IMG/VR virus record: IMGVR_UViG_3300046170_000449
Coordinates: 14,034-78,033 of that record
Strand: one strand, 5' to 3'
DNA: 64,000 bases
DNA from: a virus
The position numbers were made by a program, and so were the translations under genes. The notes under the pieces were generated by a model. That model had not been told where the DNA came from. It worked only from the letters and a program-made list of their open reading frames with translations, and made no database searches. This document shows positions 48,965-59,207 of the stretch, piece by piece. Numbering within the stretch: the first letter of the stretch is position 1; the number at the start of each line of letters is the position of its first letter.

Positions 48965-50833
48965 TTAGTGCGTATCATACCAGCTGTGGCCTGTCTTTAC
49001 GTCGCCTTCGATCTTACATAAGAAGTCAAAACCTTCTCCGGCCATTACGTAAGAATTTAATATGTATGGAATTAAGTCTTGCTCTATCCCTGGGCGACAA
49101 GACATTTGAATTTCATCATGGATAAAAGCATGCTGTACCCAATCCTTATCATAAACATAGCCCGCATCATTTAATTCTTCATGGATATTAATAACTACTT
49201 GTTTCATTATTACTGCACCTGCAGCTTGTAACAAAACATTTAATGCTTTAAATTCAGAACGGCAATAAAGCGGTCTCTTATCAAGGCCAATGAGAAAACC
49301 TCGTGAGCCAAGAGTCGCTGCAAGTTGGCGTTTAAGTTCTTGTAATGCTGGTATTCCTTCAAGGAATGAATTGATTGCTGTTCTTCCAAAACTTCTAAGT
49401 TTGTCTGGATCTTTTTCATTTGGATTAACAATGCCACCCGCTTTAAGAAAGCCAGCACCATAAAGAACAGCATAAAGAAGACGCTTACTGATGTCTCTTG
49501 TACCCACTCCAAACATCTTTTGGTTATAGGTATGGATGTCTTGCGTGTCATCGATAACAACATTTCCATACTCACCATCATCCCATAAAGCTAAATAACC
49601 TGCCAAACACCTTAACTCCAATGCTTTTGCATCCGAACCAATTAAGATCCAATCATTGGGAGCATGAAATAATTCTCTACATTCTTTACCATAAGGTGAA
49701 TAAACAGCAGGTACTTGAGCCATGTTGGGATTACGATGACTAGCTCTGCCTGTGATACAACCATTAGTAATTAAATCTCCATGCATAACACTGTCTTCGT
49801 CTACTAGTTTCAACCAAGCATTGTTACCTTCTTTCATTTGGCCCAGGCGTTTCTTTAACAACATGTACCTGGACAAAGGCTTAGCTTCAGGGTATGAAAG
49901 TTGAGCAAGGACTTCATCATTCAAGATTGCATTACCTTTATCTGTTACGTCTTTAGGTATCCATTTATACTTACTTCTTAAACGATCAGTAATCTGTTGC
50001 CTTGACCCTGGATTAAATTCTTCACTATGTACCTTACGGAAAGGTACACCTTTTACATAACCACGTTTGGTATTGTTTACCTTGGGAGTAAACCAAGTTT
50101 CTGTTTCAATGGGTGGGAATAATGTCTTTAGTTTTTCTTCGAGTTTTGCTTTCTCAGACTCAAGGTCATCCACAACAGCAAGACATTTATCAATATCAAA
50201 AGGAAAGCCTGTTCTAATTTGTCTTTGAATGCAATGAGCAAGCGAGTGCTCCAGCTGGTAAGCCCCGTGGTCAATGTTCTGCATTTGAATGTGATTAAAT
50301 AACTTGGTTGTGACTGAAACATCTTGCTTGCAGTAGTCAAGCATTTCTTGTGAGTAAGTAGAAAACTCTTTGAAATTGATCTTCTTGTCACTGAGACGGT
50401 AGCCCCAGGCTTTAAGACCAGCTGATCCTCTGAGATTCGGCGGCACCGAACTGTACTGCTCCGTATCAAGATCGTACAGTTTTTCCTTGGGCCAGATGAG
50501 CCGGGTGCAAAGTAACGTGTCAATGATTTGAGGGAAAGGTTTCTTGGTAAAAGTTTCCGGCCATAGTTTTTCTATGACCGGAATGTCGTAGTTGATAATA
50601 TTGTGGCCGATTAAAAGATCAGCTTCAGCCAAACAATGCAAAGCAGCATCAATAACACGAGGCCCAAACTCATAAGTGCGGTTTCCGATGAGATCGTAAA
50701 AGACAATGCAGTGTATTTTAGTAGCTTCGTCATACAGGCCATCAGTTTCAATATCAAATACGTAGGCTTTTTTAATGGAGGAATTTAGCTTCGGGCTGAA
50801 CTTCAAGATGTTTGGCGGCAAGCTTTCTATCAT
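48965..50833 (-). CDS. polA: DNA polymerase family A (T7-like) with 3'-5' exonuclease
   Basis: FDIETDG, GHNIINYD, TGRASHRNPNMAQVP, DAKALELR, KRLLYAVLYGAG, FIHDEIQ. Confidence 0.95.
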   Translation of the reverse strand: MIESLPPNILKFSPKLNSSIKKAYVFDIETDGLYDEATKIHCIVFYDLIGNRTYEFGPRVIDAALHCLAEADLLIGHNIINYDIPVIEKLWPETFTKKPFPQIIDTLLCTRLIWPKEKLYDLDTEQYSSVPPNLRGSAGLKAWGYRLSDKKINFKEFSTYSQEMLDYCKQDVSVTTKLFNHIQMQNIDHGAYQLEHSLAHCIQRQIRTGFPFDIDKCLAVVDDLESEKAKLEEKLKTLFPPIETETWFTPKVNNTKRGYVKGVPFRKVHSEEFNPGSRQQITDRLRSKYKWIPKDVTDKGNAILNDEVLAQLSYPEAKPLSRYMLLKKRLGQMKEGNNAWLKLVDEDSVMHGDLITNGCITGRASHRNPNMAQVPAVYSPYGKECRELFHAPNDWILIGSDAKALELRCLAGYLALWDDGEYGNVVIDDTQDIHTYNQKMFGVGTRDISKRLLYAVLYGAGFLKAGGIVNPNEKDPDKLRSFGRTAINSFLEGIPALQELKRQLAATLGSRGFLIGLDKRPLYCRSEFKALNVLLQAAGAVIMKQVVINIHEELNDAGYVYDKDWVQHAFIHDEIQMSCRPGIEQDLIPYILNSYVMAGEGFDFLCKIEGDVKTGHSWYDTH

Positions 50834-51187
50834 TCTTATTAATCCAATTCAATATATTGTAAGCGCCTGTTTGATGTGGTGCACAAAAAGCTTTAGCGAT
50901 TTGTGAATCAGTTTTGATTGGAATCAATTCAAACTTCTTTTTTTCTAGGTTAGTAGAAATGGCATGAGGCACGCCTTTAATTTCAGTGGTGATTAAGTAA
51001 GACATCGAAGCTGTAGTAGTCATTGAATAGTAGCAAAGGGGTTGTTGATTTTCAGTTAGTATTTTGTTTGACTAACTTCTGTTTGTAGTAAAGGTTTGCT
51101 TGTCGCCTGGCGCAACGTTTGCAGTTGCCCAGGCTGTTGTTACTACGGGGAGCGTAGCGATCCGTGCTCCCACATTTGTTACAAGGC

Positions 51188-51970
51188 TTAACCTTTTTTG
51201 CTGGAGTTGTATCCAACAAAGCCTCCTTCTTTCTTACGTTGCTGGATAGCTTTACCAGCATCAGATCCTTTTGGTTGTATGCCATGAACTAAAAGTGCAA
51301 ATGGTTTATCACCAAAACAATGGCTATCGTCATGGTCCACTGATAGACCCAGACTGCTAGCTTCCATCTCTGAGTAGACGACATAAGAGATGCGCTTGAA
51401 CTGATGTGCATGCGACTTAAGCATAGGGTCTAAGTTGCCACCCATCGATGCTGTGAGATAAAAGTTTTCTGGAATCTTATCGATGCTATTAAGCCACAGT
51501 TGTAACTGTTTTGTGTATCCATAGTATTTACGTGTTGGATCCATACGAGCAACACGTAGCCATGCAAGGAAGTAAAGCTCTGACCAGTAGTCACCTGACT
51601 CATGGATGCGAACCAAATCGATCTTGTGTTTGGGATCCTTTGCATTGATTGATGCAGTGATCAGCTTCTGTACAGCAGCGATCTTATGGATAGGATCTTC
51701 AACAGGGATCATGGTTTCTTTTAGTAAGTCCCAGTTGTACCAACGTGCTGCACGACAGTCAGGACTCCGTGCTTCACTGCTAGCTGCAAAGCAACGGTAT
51801 GCTGCAGCGTCAGTGTTGTTGGTCTGTGGTAAGTCTTGGATCTTACCTGTGACTCGATCTGAGAATGTCTTACATACACCAGCATTAGGGCAGGTATACC
51901 CAGCTGGTAGTGAAAAGATGAGTCGCTTGCCTAACTTGGCATTGCCGGTTGAAAACTTAAGTAGTGCCAT
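51188..51970 (-). CDS. GP88-family phage protein
   Basis: GNAKL...FSLPAGYTCP.A..C; VRIHESGDY; YGYTK; N..LTAS.G. Confidence 0.75.
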   Translation of the reverse strand: MALLKFSTGNAKLGKRLIFSLPAGYTCPNAGVCKTFSDRVTGKIQDLPQTNNTDAAAYRCFAASSEARSPDCRAARWYNWDLLKETMIPVEDPIHKIAAVQKLITASINAKDPKHKIDLVRIHESGDYWSELYFLAWLRVARMDPTRKYYGYTKQLQLWLNSIDKIPENFYLTASMGGNLDPMLKSHAHQFKRISYVVYSEMEASSLGLSVDHDDSHCFGDKPFALLVHGIQPKGSDAGKAIQQRKKEGGFVGYNSSKKG

Positions 51971-51992
51971 GATGTGTGGTGTGATGTGATTG

Positions 51993-52030
51993 ACCAGGAC
52001 TTACACAACACGTTAGTGTTAATGCCTGGT
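51993..52030 (-). ncRNA. Motif A copy 2
   Basis: ACCAGGCATTAACACTAACGTGTTGTGTAAGTCCTGGT. Confidence 0.75.
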
Positions 52031-52031
52031 A

Positions 52032-52037
52032 TATAAT
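52032..52037 (+). promoter_or_regulatory. -10 box (TATAAT) for the riboswitch/DUF4278 transcript
   Basis: Perfect TATAAT 7 nt upstream of the riboswitch 5' end. Confidence 0.6.
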
Positions 52038-52044
52038 GGTAGAA

Positions 52045-52095
52045 CGTTCACCAGCTTTTGGCTGGCGCATAACAACAGGCTTGGAACGGGGCTTG
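52045..52095 (+). ncRNA. Glutamine-II (Downstream-peptide) riboswitch
   Basis: CGTTCA-CCAGC.TTTG.GCTGG-CGCA...GGAACGGG with CGTTC/GAACG pairing, upstream of a DUF4278 gene. Confidence 0.8.
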
Positions 52096-52113
52096 TTTTA
52101 TCGGAGAACTCCA

Positions 52114-52260
52114 ATGACCCTTACTTATCGTGGTGTAGCTTACGACTCCCAGTCTGCTTTGCTTACTCATTTGTTAGACAAGTTTAAGAAAGAACAACGT
52201 CTTGAGAAAGAGCTTAAGAAAGACAGAGAAAGGATCGCCGCTAGCTCATCAGTCGAATAA
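52114..52260 (+). CDS. DUF4278 small protein
   Basis: MTLTYRGVAY signature; GGAG SD. Confidence 0.85.
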   Translation: MTLTYRGVAYDSQSALLTHLLDKFKKEQRLEKELKKDRERIAASSSVE

Positions 52261-52482
52261 GATAAGCAAGTACTTTATTCTCTCTTGTCCTCCCAGATCT
52301 AGTAGCTGGGTTATCAACTATTGCAGGCGCGAGAGCCGAATAGATTACTACTAACAATGAAGCCAGGTGTGAGAGCCTGGTTTTTTAATGTTATGTTTTA
52401 GTAGTAGACCAATCGTCTACGTTTCATGTAATTTTATACATGAAACTTTACTCGTTAGTGGAAGATAGCTAGATCAGGTAGG

Positions 52483-52624
52483 CGCGAGAGCCACTGAATT
52501 TTCCATTAAACCCAAGGCTATGGCTTACGCGAATTCTCGATAAACGCATGTTATCAGGATTCTCGATGATTGACTTTTATCGGAAATCCGCGAAAGCCAC
52601 TGAATTTTCCATTAAACCCAAGGC
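52483..52624. repeat. 36-bp direct repeat pair (52483-52518 and 52589-52624, one mismatch)
   Basis: CGCGA(G/A)AGCCACTGAATTTTCCATTAAACCCAAGGC. Confidence 0.9.
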
Positions 52625-52771
52625 CAACTCAATTCAATATCGTTTTCCCAATCACTCGAACAGATTGGGTGATTCAATACGTATTGATTGAAGAGTTCTT
52701 TTAGCTCAGTTAAGGAGAGGTCAACCTCCTTAGCTTTGACTGCGACATTAGTTTGTCCGCGATAGATTTCA

Positions 52772-53278
52772 TCAAGCGCACTTTGAATACAGGTTGCAGT
52801 CGTGGGATTCATTAGTCATGTACTCAGGGATAAAGAAGCCACAAGCTTCATTTTCATTATGTTCGCATGATGTGCATGCGTTGCTGCTAATTGTTTCTTT
52901 TATTCCTGTATCAACTTTATTCTTTACATCTTCAATAGGCATTTCAATTGTTGTCATGCGATAGCCGCACTCTAAACAACTCTTTCTACGTCTTCTATAT
53001 CCTTTGGCTGTAATTTTAGTTTCGATAACAGCTAAAGATCTTTCTTTACATTTAGGACAAGCTTCTCTGAAACTTTCACGAGCAGCTTTAATCCTACTAG
53101 GTTCAGTCTTTACTTTGAATGGTTTCCTATGTTCTCTACCTGCACACTTGGTAGAGCAAAATGTTTTAGTACGACCGCGCTTTAGGTTGGCGCGGTGTTG
53201 ACAAGCTTGACGATTAAATTCTTTTCCGCATTTAGTACAAGAAAGAATGATTGTGCCACGTGATTGCTTTAGCTCCAT
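52772..53278 (-). CDS. Zn-ribbon protein (NrdR N-terminal-like)
   Basis: CPKC....VIETK.....RRRRKSCLECGYRMTTIE. Confidence 0.7.
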   Translation of the reverse strand: MELKQSRGTIILSCTKCGKEFNRQACQHRANLKRGRTKTFCSTKCAGREHRKPFKVKTEPSRIKAARESFREACPKCKERSLAVIETKITAKGYRRRRKSCLECGYRMTTIEMPIEDVKNKVDTGIKETISSNACTSCEHNENEACGFFIPEYMTNESHDCNLYSKCA

Positions 53279-53916
53279 AGTGCAGATGAGATGATTGGGA
53301 ATTGTTCAGTAAAGATTTGCTTGCAGTGTTCTGCAATTTCTTTGTGTTCTTGTTGCGTACCATTGGCACTACGCAGATCTATGTAATGTGCCCATGATCT
53401 GAGTGTACCGTTCATATACAAACGAGTTGGTACAGCGGAAGGTAATAAAAAACGAGCTGATTCTTTTGCCACACCTTTGCTAATCAACTCTTGATAGAGG
53501 TGTTCAGCTTCTTCAAAGTGAATAGCAATGCGATGCTTGATGTCAGCTACCTGATTCTTGCCTAACTTAGAATCAAGATCATCAACAGAGTTCTGTCTGT
53601 TCTTTATGTCTTGAGAACGTAGTTGAGGACAGTGGATGCGACCAATTGAATTTGTATTTGCATAGCGTTGTGAGAATTCTTGAAAGGTAAATGACCGATG
53701 CCGTAAGATCTGGGGACTAATCCCACGTGTTGTATTGATTTCAACACAAAGGTTAGCCATTTCAAAAATACTCCAGTGCTTGTGCTTGATGCAGTATTTA
53801 AGTAGCCCAGTTACATCGGGGTTGTTTTGGTTGTCAGGGTTAGAGACACGAGCCATCATGCCTATCATTTGTTCTGCATTTGGTGTAGCCCAAATTAGTT
53901 TGACTTGATCTGTCAT
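53269..53916 (-). CDS. thyX: FAD-dependent thymidylate synthase
   Basis: HWSIFE, QILRHRSFTFQEFSQRY, KESARFLLP, RSWAHYIDLR. Confidence 0.97.
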   Translation of the reverse strand: MTDQVKLIWATPNAEQMIGMMARVSNPDNQNNPDVTGLLKYCIKHKHWSIFEMANLCVEINTTRGISPQILRHRSFTFQEFSQRYANTNSIGRIHCPQLRSQDIKNRQNSVDDLDSKLGKNQVADIKHRIAIHFEEAEHLYQELISKGVAKESARFLLPSAVPTRLYMNGTLRSWAHYIDLRSANGTQQEHKEIAEHCKQIFTEQFPIISSALWS

Positions 53917-53937
53917 TAGTTAAGAATAAATTAAAAT

Positions 53938-54014
53938 TGGTAGGAATGGTGGGACTCGAACCCACACTGTAGCGATTTTAAATCGCTTGCCTCTGCCAAT
54001 TGGGCTACACTCCT
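53938..54014 (-). tRNA. tRNA-Leu(UAA) with encoded CCA and short variable loop
   Basis: AGGAGTG acceptor, AGCGA-TTTAAAA-TCGCT anticodon arm, GTGGG-TTCGAGT-CCCAC T arm. Confidence 0.9.
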
Positions 54015-54016
54015 AT

Positions 54017-54074
54017 GCTAGGGCTTACACTTTCGGTGTCTCCTGGAGGCGGCGTTACCTACCGGATGCCTAGC
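54017..54074 (-). ncRNA. Motif A copy 3 (ends 2 nt before the tRNA 5' end)
   Basis: GCTAGGCATCC...GTGTAAGCCCTAGC. Confidence 0.75.
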
Positions 54075-54079
54075 TGTTA

Positions 54080-55852
54080 TCAAGATTGTAACTGAACTTC
54101 GCGGATATACAATGCTTTTTTAAGCTGATGTTCAACAATGGCACGATCAATGTCGTTGAGTCTGGCATTGCCAACGTCTGCTATCTGAGAGACGTGCATT
54201 ACACCGTTCTCAACTATTAGTTGTACAGTGTAACGAGGCTTGTTATCAATCATGACCAGTACAATCATGTGTCTGTACTTCTTAATACCGTCTGCATAGC
54301 TATGGGAGCCGACGCAGTTACGTACTGCGCGGCCCCAATGAGCGAGCATGTGTGTATCAAGTGGTTGCAAGAACGTATAGGTATTAACTACCTCAGGTTC
54401 TGCCAGTGTGATGTCACCTTTGAGTGGTACTTTGATTGGTTCAGGGAATAGTTTCTGGGGTAATGAAGTCAATGGATTGTCTAGCTTCCATGTCTCTGCC
54501 ATGAGGTGATCATGCCATTCAGTCATGCGCCAACGTCTTGGCTTAAGCTTAGCTGGATCTGTACCAGCTGCAATACATTGGGTAAGCATGGCGTATGTAT
54601 CGCTCCATTCGTACGTATTCATGTGTACGTTACCTGTTATGTTGTTAATTCTTTGACGTGACTTACATTCTTTAGATGCTTCTATTACTTTGTCATATTG
54701 TTTTCTTAACATATTCAAGAAAGATTCAACAGGTAAGTTGGCACGTAACCATTCGTATCCTGTCTCAGAATGATACCCATGCATCTCGATACGAGATAGG
54801 TAATCATATCTTGAACGTAAGTAGTTGATATCCATGTCACGCCATATGCACTTAATGTGGCATACAGACTCAATGAATATCTGTAGTTCGCTATAAGGTT
54901 GTATCAATAGGTCTAAGTTAAATTCTTGCTTAGCATTCTCTGTGTCATATATAGTTTGTAGCTTATCCATTGCAGTGACTACCATGCGACGGAACCATTT
55001 AGATTCCCATACGTCTGTTAGCCATGGGTTCTTATAGTGATTAGAGATCTTTTGCAATACATCATTGATGTCATGTACGTAAGAACTCTTTATAATGTTT
55101 AACCATTTAGGACGTGTGTGACTATGTGTTAAGAGCTTAGATAAGCCTGTGTCTTTATTAGCTACGCGTTCAAATACATTACGTGAGAAGCCACCTTTGT
55201 AAGTAGGTATCTTGCTTAGTAAGCATGCTTCCCATTTAGTAACAGCTTCCCATATAAAGATTCCATTACCCCGTGATGAAATGTGATGAGTATTGCGATC
55301 AATGCCTTTCCAGTAACTAGATGTATAACCATCTTGGATTGCTACATCGTTAACTAATAATGTATCTCTATACCAATATGACTTACCATCTTTAACGTGT
55401 TGCATTTCTCTTTGTTTGTATTGGTCATCATCTGCCTTAGATGATTGAAGCATGTTGGTGTAACATGCCTTACGTCCTGCTGCTGTGTCCTTATAGGTAT
55501 AGCTCAGTCCGTAGTAATAAGTATCTTCTTCTTTCTGTGGTAACCATGCGGCTACCCATAGTTGTTTGTAGTAGTAGATAACTGCTACTGGCTGAGGATC
55601 TTCACCGAACACTGGTCGTGTGATAAGGCGTACCTTACCTTCGCATGCTTTCGTATTGTTGATGTGTTCAACAGCTTCTTCCCATGTTCTATCGTTAACA
55701 ATGTGAGTTGGTATGAGGTTAGATGGTCTGCCATTGTACAACCAAGCACTTCTTGAGGAGCTGCGTCTGGGATTGGCTTTCTTAGCTTTTTTAAGGGTCT
55801 TGTCATAGGACAGGACTTGCTTTTGGAGTTGGGATGGCAAGTTAAAGTACAT
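54080..55852 (-). CDS. PcfJ-domain protein
   Basis: C-terminal EWHDHL ... LAHWGRAVRNCVGS..Y...Q.....N. Confidence 0.75.
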   Translation of the reverse strand: MYFNLPSQLQKQVLSYDKTLKKAKKANPRRSSSRSAWLYNGRPSNLIPTHIVNDRTWEEAVEHINNTKACEGKVRLITRPVFGEDPQPVAVIYYYKQLWVAAWLPQKEEDTYYYGLSYTYKDTAAGRKACYTNMLQSSKADDDQYKQREMQHVKDGKSYWYRDTLLVNDVAIQDGYTSSYWKGIDRNTHHISSRGNGIFIWEAVTKWEACLLSKIPTYKGGFSRNVFERVANKDTGLSKLLTHSHTRPKWLNIIKSSYVHDINDVLQKISNHYKNPWLTDVWESKWFRRMVVTAMDKLQTIYDTENAKQEFNLDLLIQPYSELQIFIESVCHIKCIWRDMDINYLRSRYDYLSRIEMHGYHSETGYEWLRANLPVESFLNMLRKQYDKVIEASKECKSRQRINNITGNVHMNTYEWSDTYAMLTQCIAAGTDPAKLKPRRWRMTEWHDHLMAETWKLDNPLTSLPQKLFPEPIKVPLKGDITLAEPEVVNTYTFLQPLDTHMLAHWGRAVRNCVGSHSYADGIKKYRHMIVLVMIDNKPRYTVQLIVENGVMHVSQIADVGNARLNDIDRAIVEHQLKKALYIREVQLQS

Positions 55853-55880
55853 GTGATTAGATGTGATGGAATGAAAAGAT

Positions 55881-55907
55881 CTGGGACTTACGCATAGTAC
55901 TGCCCAG
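55881..55907 (-). ncRNA. Motif A copy 4
   Basis: CTGGGCAGTACTATGCGTAAGTCCCAG. Confidence 0.75.
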
Positions 55908-55950
55908 GCTGGGATTTATTCGCATAACTAACGAAACCCAGGTGCTTATT

Positions 55951-56736
55951 CTAAAAGGGAATGTTATCTGTTGCAGGAAGATCAGGTAAACCTTCAGTAT
56001 TACTACCCCATGGTTCAGCAACTTGTGATTCTGTGTTAGAACCCCAAAGAGATTTAGGTGCTGACTCAGATGAGACAGTAACTTGAGGTTGGATCTCAGT
56101 TGTTTTTGGCTTAGGTGCCAAAGTCATTTGATTGATTTGAATCTCAGTATTAGATTTAAGTTCACCTGTGTTCTGGTCTTTCCATGCACTGGTAAAGATA
56201 CGGCCAGCAACAGTTAGTCCTGTTCCTTTCCGTGTCATGTTAGCTAGCCATTCTGCATAGCGTACCTTGGCATCTGCTTTAGTAATTGCTTTAAGGTTAA
56301 AAAGATCAGTTTCTTGTTTACCTCGGTTAACACTAAGTGATTGAGATGAGATGATGTAACCACTATCAGTTGTCTTGAACTGACGGGAATCACTCAGGTC
56401 TACATCTTTAATACAACGTCCACTAAGAATAATTTCATTTAGCAGGGGGAATTGTCCGGTAGCAACAATAACCCAGTTGCCATCATGAAGAGTATAGGAT
56501 CGTTCTTTAAGGTCATGTCGCAGCTGTGCTCCTGAGATGTAAAGCTGCATACCATTTTGTATAGCAGAAAGAAACTTGTCTTGGTTAGCCCAGACTTGAT
56601 AAGTAAGTTTCGTTGGTACATTACGTGTGTTTGCAGTTGGTATCTCAACATTGCATGTAACAATCGTGCGTGATTCACTGATGTAAATCTGCTGTGGATC
56701 TGCTGTCACGTTGACAGTCAAGTAAGCTTTGTTCAT
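55951..56736 (-). CDS. Single-stranded DNA-binding protein (tandem OB-fold-like)
   Basis: RKGTGLTVAGRI....WKDQNTGE; acidic tail ending DNIPF. Confidence 0.75.
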   Translation of the reverse strand: MNKAYLTVNVTADPQQIYISESRTIVTCNVEIPTANTRNVPTKLTYQVWANQDKFLSAIQNGMQLYISGAQLRHDLKERSYTLHDGNWVIVATGQFPLLNEIILSGRCIKDVDLSDSRQFKTTDSGYIISSQSLSVNRGKQETDLFNLKAITKADAKVRYAEWLANMTRKGTGLTVAGRIFTSAWKDQNTGELKSNTEIQINQMTLAPKPKTTEIQPQVTVSSESAPKSLWGSNTESQVAEPWGSNTEGLPDLPATDNIPF

Positions 56737-56763
56737 CGAAAAAGTAATTAATTAGTAGCTTGT

Positions 56764-56797
56764 ATAGGTCTTACACATCTGGCGGGATGATGCCTAT
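56764..56797 (-). ncRNA. Motif A copy 5
   Basis: ATAGGCATCATCCCGCCAGATGTGTAAGACCTAT. Confidence 0.75.
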
Positions 56798-57428
56798 TGA
56801 ATTGTTGTTTGTCGAGAGCATCAACTTAACAAGTGCTTGATGCTTGTCATGCCTCGGCTTTTCCTAGCTGCAGACTAGGTATTGTATGGCCTATCACTAG
56901 GTGCACCTAATGATGTAGGACTCTCGACAGTGTGGCTAGTCTTCGATCAGCTGCCAATCTAGATCTAAAGGTGTGAGAAAGTCAATCTGATCTTGCTCAG
57001 TACCTAAGACCGGAGGAGGCAGTTCACCATCTTCTAGCTGAAACATTGCCTCACAAATGCCCGGCCCATACTCAGCAGGGTATGCATCGCCTGGTGGATC
57101 GTGTTTCGCAGATAGTTCAACCCGTGCATCAGTAATGGTTGCAACAACGAGCCAAGTAGAAATCCCATGTTCATCAACAAAGTCAAGAGTGATTGATTCG
57201 ACAGTAAGCAGTTCATTTTGCATTGCAATTTACTTCTAAGATATGGATCGCTGCATCACGCAAGGCAAATGCTTTTGAATAAGCATTTTCCCACTCAGGG
57301 CTACAAGGCTTGAGTGAAGCTGCGTAGTCAGATGCTTCATCAGCCATACTACTAACTGTTAGGTAGGCTTCGTAGGCAGAACGTTGGAAAGAAGATGTGG
57401 TCATAGATGGAATGAGTTGGTGTAAATG

Positions 57429-57456
57429 TAGATAGTTTAGAGACTTGTCTAGGTCT
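57429..57456 (-). ncRNA. Motif B (H-type pseudoknot) copy 1
   Basis: AGAC-CTAGACAA-GTCT-CTAAACT-ATCTA. Confidence 0.6.
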
Positions 57457-57710
57457 ATGTAAGTATAGTTATATATTTATATAAGTGTGGTAGCGGCTGT
57501 CCCCTCGGGGGGTTCGGGGGGGTTAAGTCTAAGGTTATTTAATATTGTCTTAATGATTAGGTAGTCTATTTCACCTTGGGCCAGCTTAAATATCGCCTGG
57601 CTCTTTCGATTGTATTCCGTGAGACATTGTATTCATATGCAATGTGCTGCACATGGATGTGGTTTAAACTCCTCAATATTACAACTTGATCTTTAGTCAG
57701 CTTTGTATTC

Positions 57711-57986
57711 TTACTTGTCATCGGTCCACTCGTCTTGTTTGTACTCAGGTAAGTCAGGTGTTTTGAAATCATCTAACGATGGTATCTCAGTGTGTAGTAA
57801 GTTGCGAAATGATATACCAGTACCAGGAATTGCTAAGGATCCACGGGCGTTCTTACTATTTACATTCGCAGTAAAGGACAGTGGTCCTAACTTGAATGTT
57901 TTACTGTAGCTCTTGAGACCATGTTCGGAGATATTAAATCCGGCAATGGTGCGGTCGAAATTGATATGAGACTTCTTGTTAGTCAT
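57711..57986 (-). CDS. DUF4236-like protein
   Basis: KLGPLSFTAN....GSLAIPGTGISF. Confidence 0.6.
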   Translation of the reverse strand: MTNKKSHINFDRTIAGFNISEHGLKSYSKTFKLGPLSFTANVNSKNARGSLAIPGTGISFRNLLHTEIPSLDDFKTPDLPEYKQDEWTDDK

Positions 57987-59171
57987 TAGCCTGCGTCTCC
58001 AGTGATAAAACAAAGGTGTTCATAGATTGAATAATCAAGATTATCGAATACCCAAGAAAGGATTGCTTCTTTCTCAGGTGTTGTGACGAGATGTTCTAGC
58101 TCTTCAATTTTCCAGTCATCATTTAAACAAGGTTTAGTCATTAGATTCTCTTAATGATTGAGGGGTTAAAGAATTGGTGTCCTCTTCGTTCATGTTAGTC
58201 ATGACGAATTTAGTTCCATCGGGTGCCGTAAAGCCACCGACGAACCCTGCTCCGATACGATCAGCGGACTCCTTCATCTTTGCGACGAACGCCATAGCTT
58301 CTAGCATGTCGTTGTCTGGAAGATTGTCTGGGATACCTGGGTGCATGTCTGGTAATTGTCTGGGTTGTCTGGATGAAGCGATTAGATAGTCATAAACGCT
58401 TCATTGGTTTTCATATTCAATAGCAGTGACTGTGCCACCACCTTTTTTGATAGCAGCAAGTACTTCCTCTTTCATATGTTCAGACCAAACAATGTGTACT
58501 CTTTTGAAGTTTAGGAAACTGCAGTCGTAATAGATAGTGATCATTTACTGGTAGCAATTTTGGTAGCGAGTTGATCGATAGGACCGTTCCAAGCACGGCC
58601 ACTGTTGTCTTCCCTGAAAGACATCAGCCACTGCTCTTTAGATTCGGTGTCATTAGGTAAATCGGTTGCGTGCCAGTCGTTGTAAAAAGCCAAGGCGTTG
58701 ACGATGGCCTGTTGCTCGGCCTCGGTGACGATGAGATGGATGCTCATTAGTTATTCAGGAGTTCAGGATAAATTTCTTTGACAGTTTCAATAAGCTCATC
58801 ATTTGATTCTTTATCTAAATAATGATGCAGGGAATCAGCAGCATATTGGATAAGAGAATTCATATCCATGTCATTAATTACTGAATGGACATAGGAATCT
58901 TGAAGCTTGTCACGTTGGTCAGGTGTCATTGATCTTTAGTACGTTTGTAGTTGATTGTGTGAGTGAAGGGGCTGAGCTTTAACTTATTGAAGACATAGGT
59001 TAAGTGATGGAAGTAATCACGATCCTTACGTTCTCTTTTTGGCTTATGAATGATCCAATAGTCGATAGCATCTTGGATAAATTCAATGTGTTCATCGGTG
59101 AGAATGTGATCATCAGCCCTGGTTGTGTTCATGGTAGTTAGTGTTACTGACTGATAAGGTTTACTAATGTA

Positions 59172-59207
59172 TCCAGGACTTACCTCACATCTCAGTGAGT
59201 GCCTGGA
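59172..59207 (-). ncRNA. Motif A copy 6
   Basis: TCCAGGCACTCACTGAGATGTGAGGTAAGTCCTGGA. Confidence 0.75.

Noticed and set aside
48907-48978. N-terminal extension of ORF 47911-48978
   Set aside because: It overlaps the polA stop and motif A copy 1; the ATG at 48906 is the better start
52483-52624. Mini-CRISPR array
   Set aside because: Only two repeats with a 70-bp spacer, and one repeat overlaps a gene end
58311-58372. Five TGTCTGG short repeats
   Set aside because: Partly explained by PDN/PD codons at a gene start; no further structure seen
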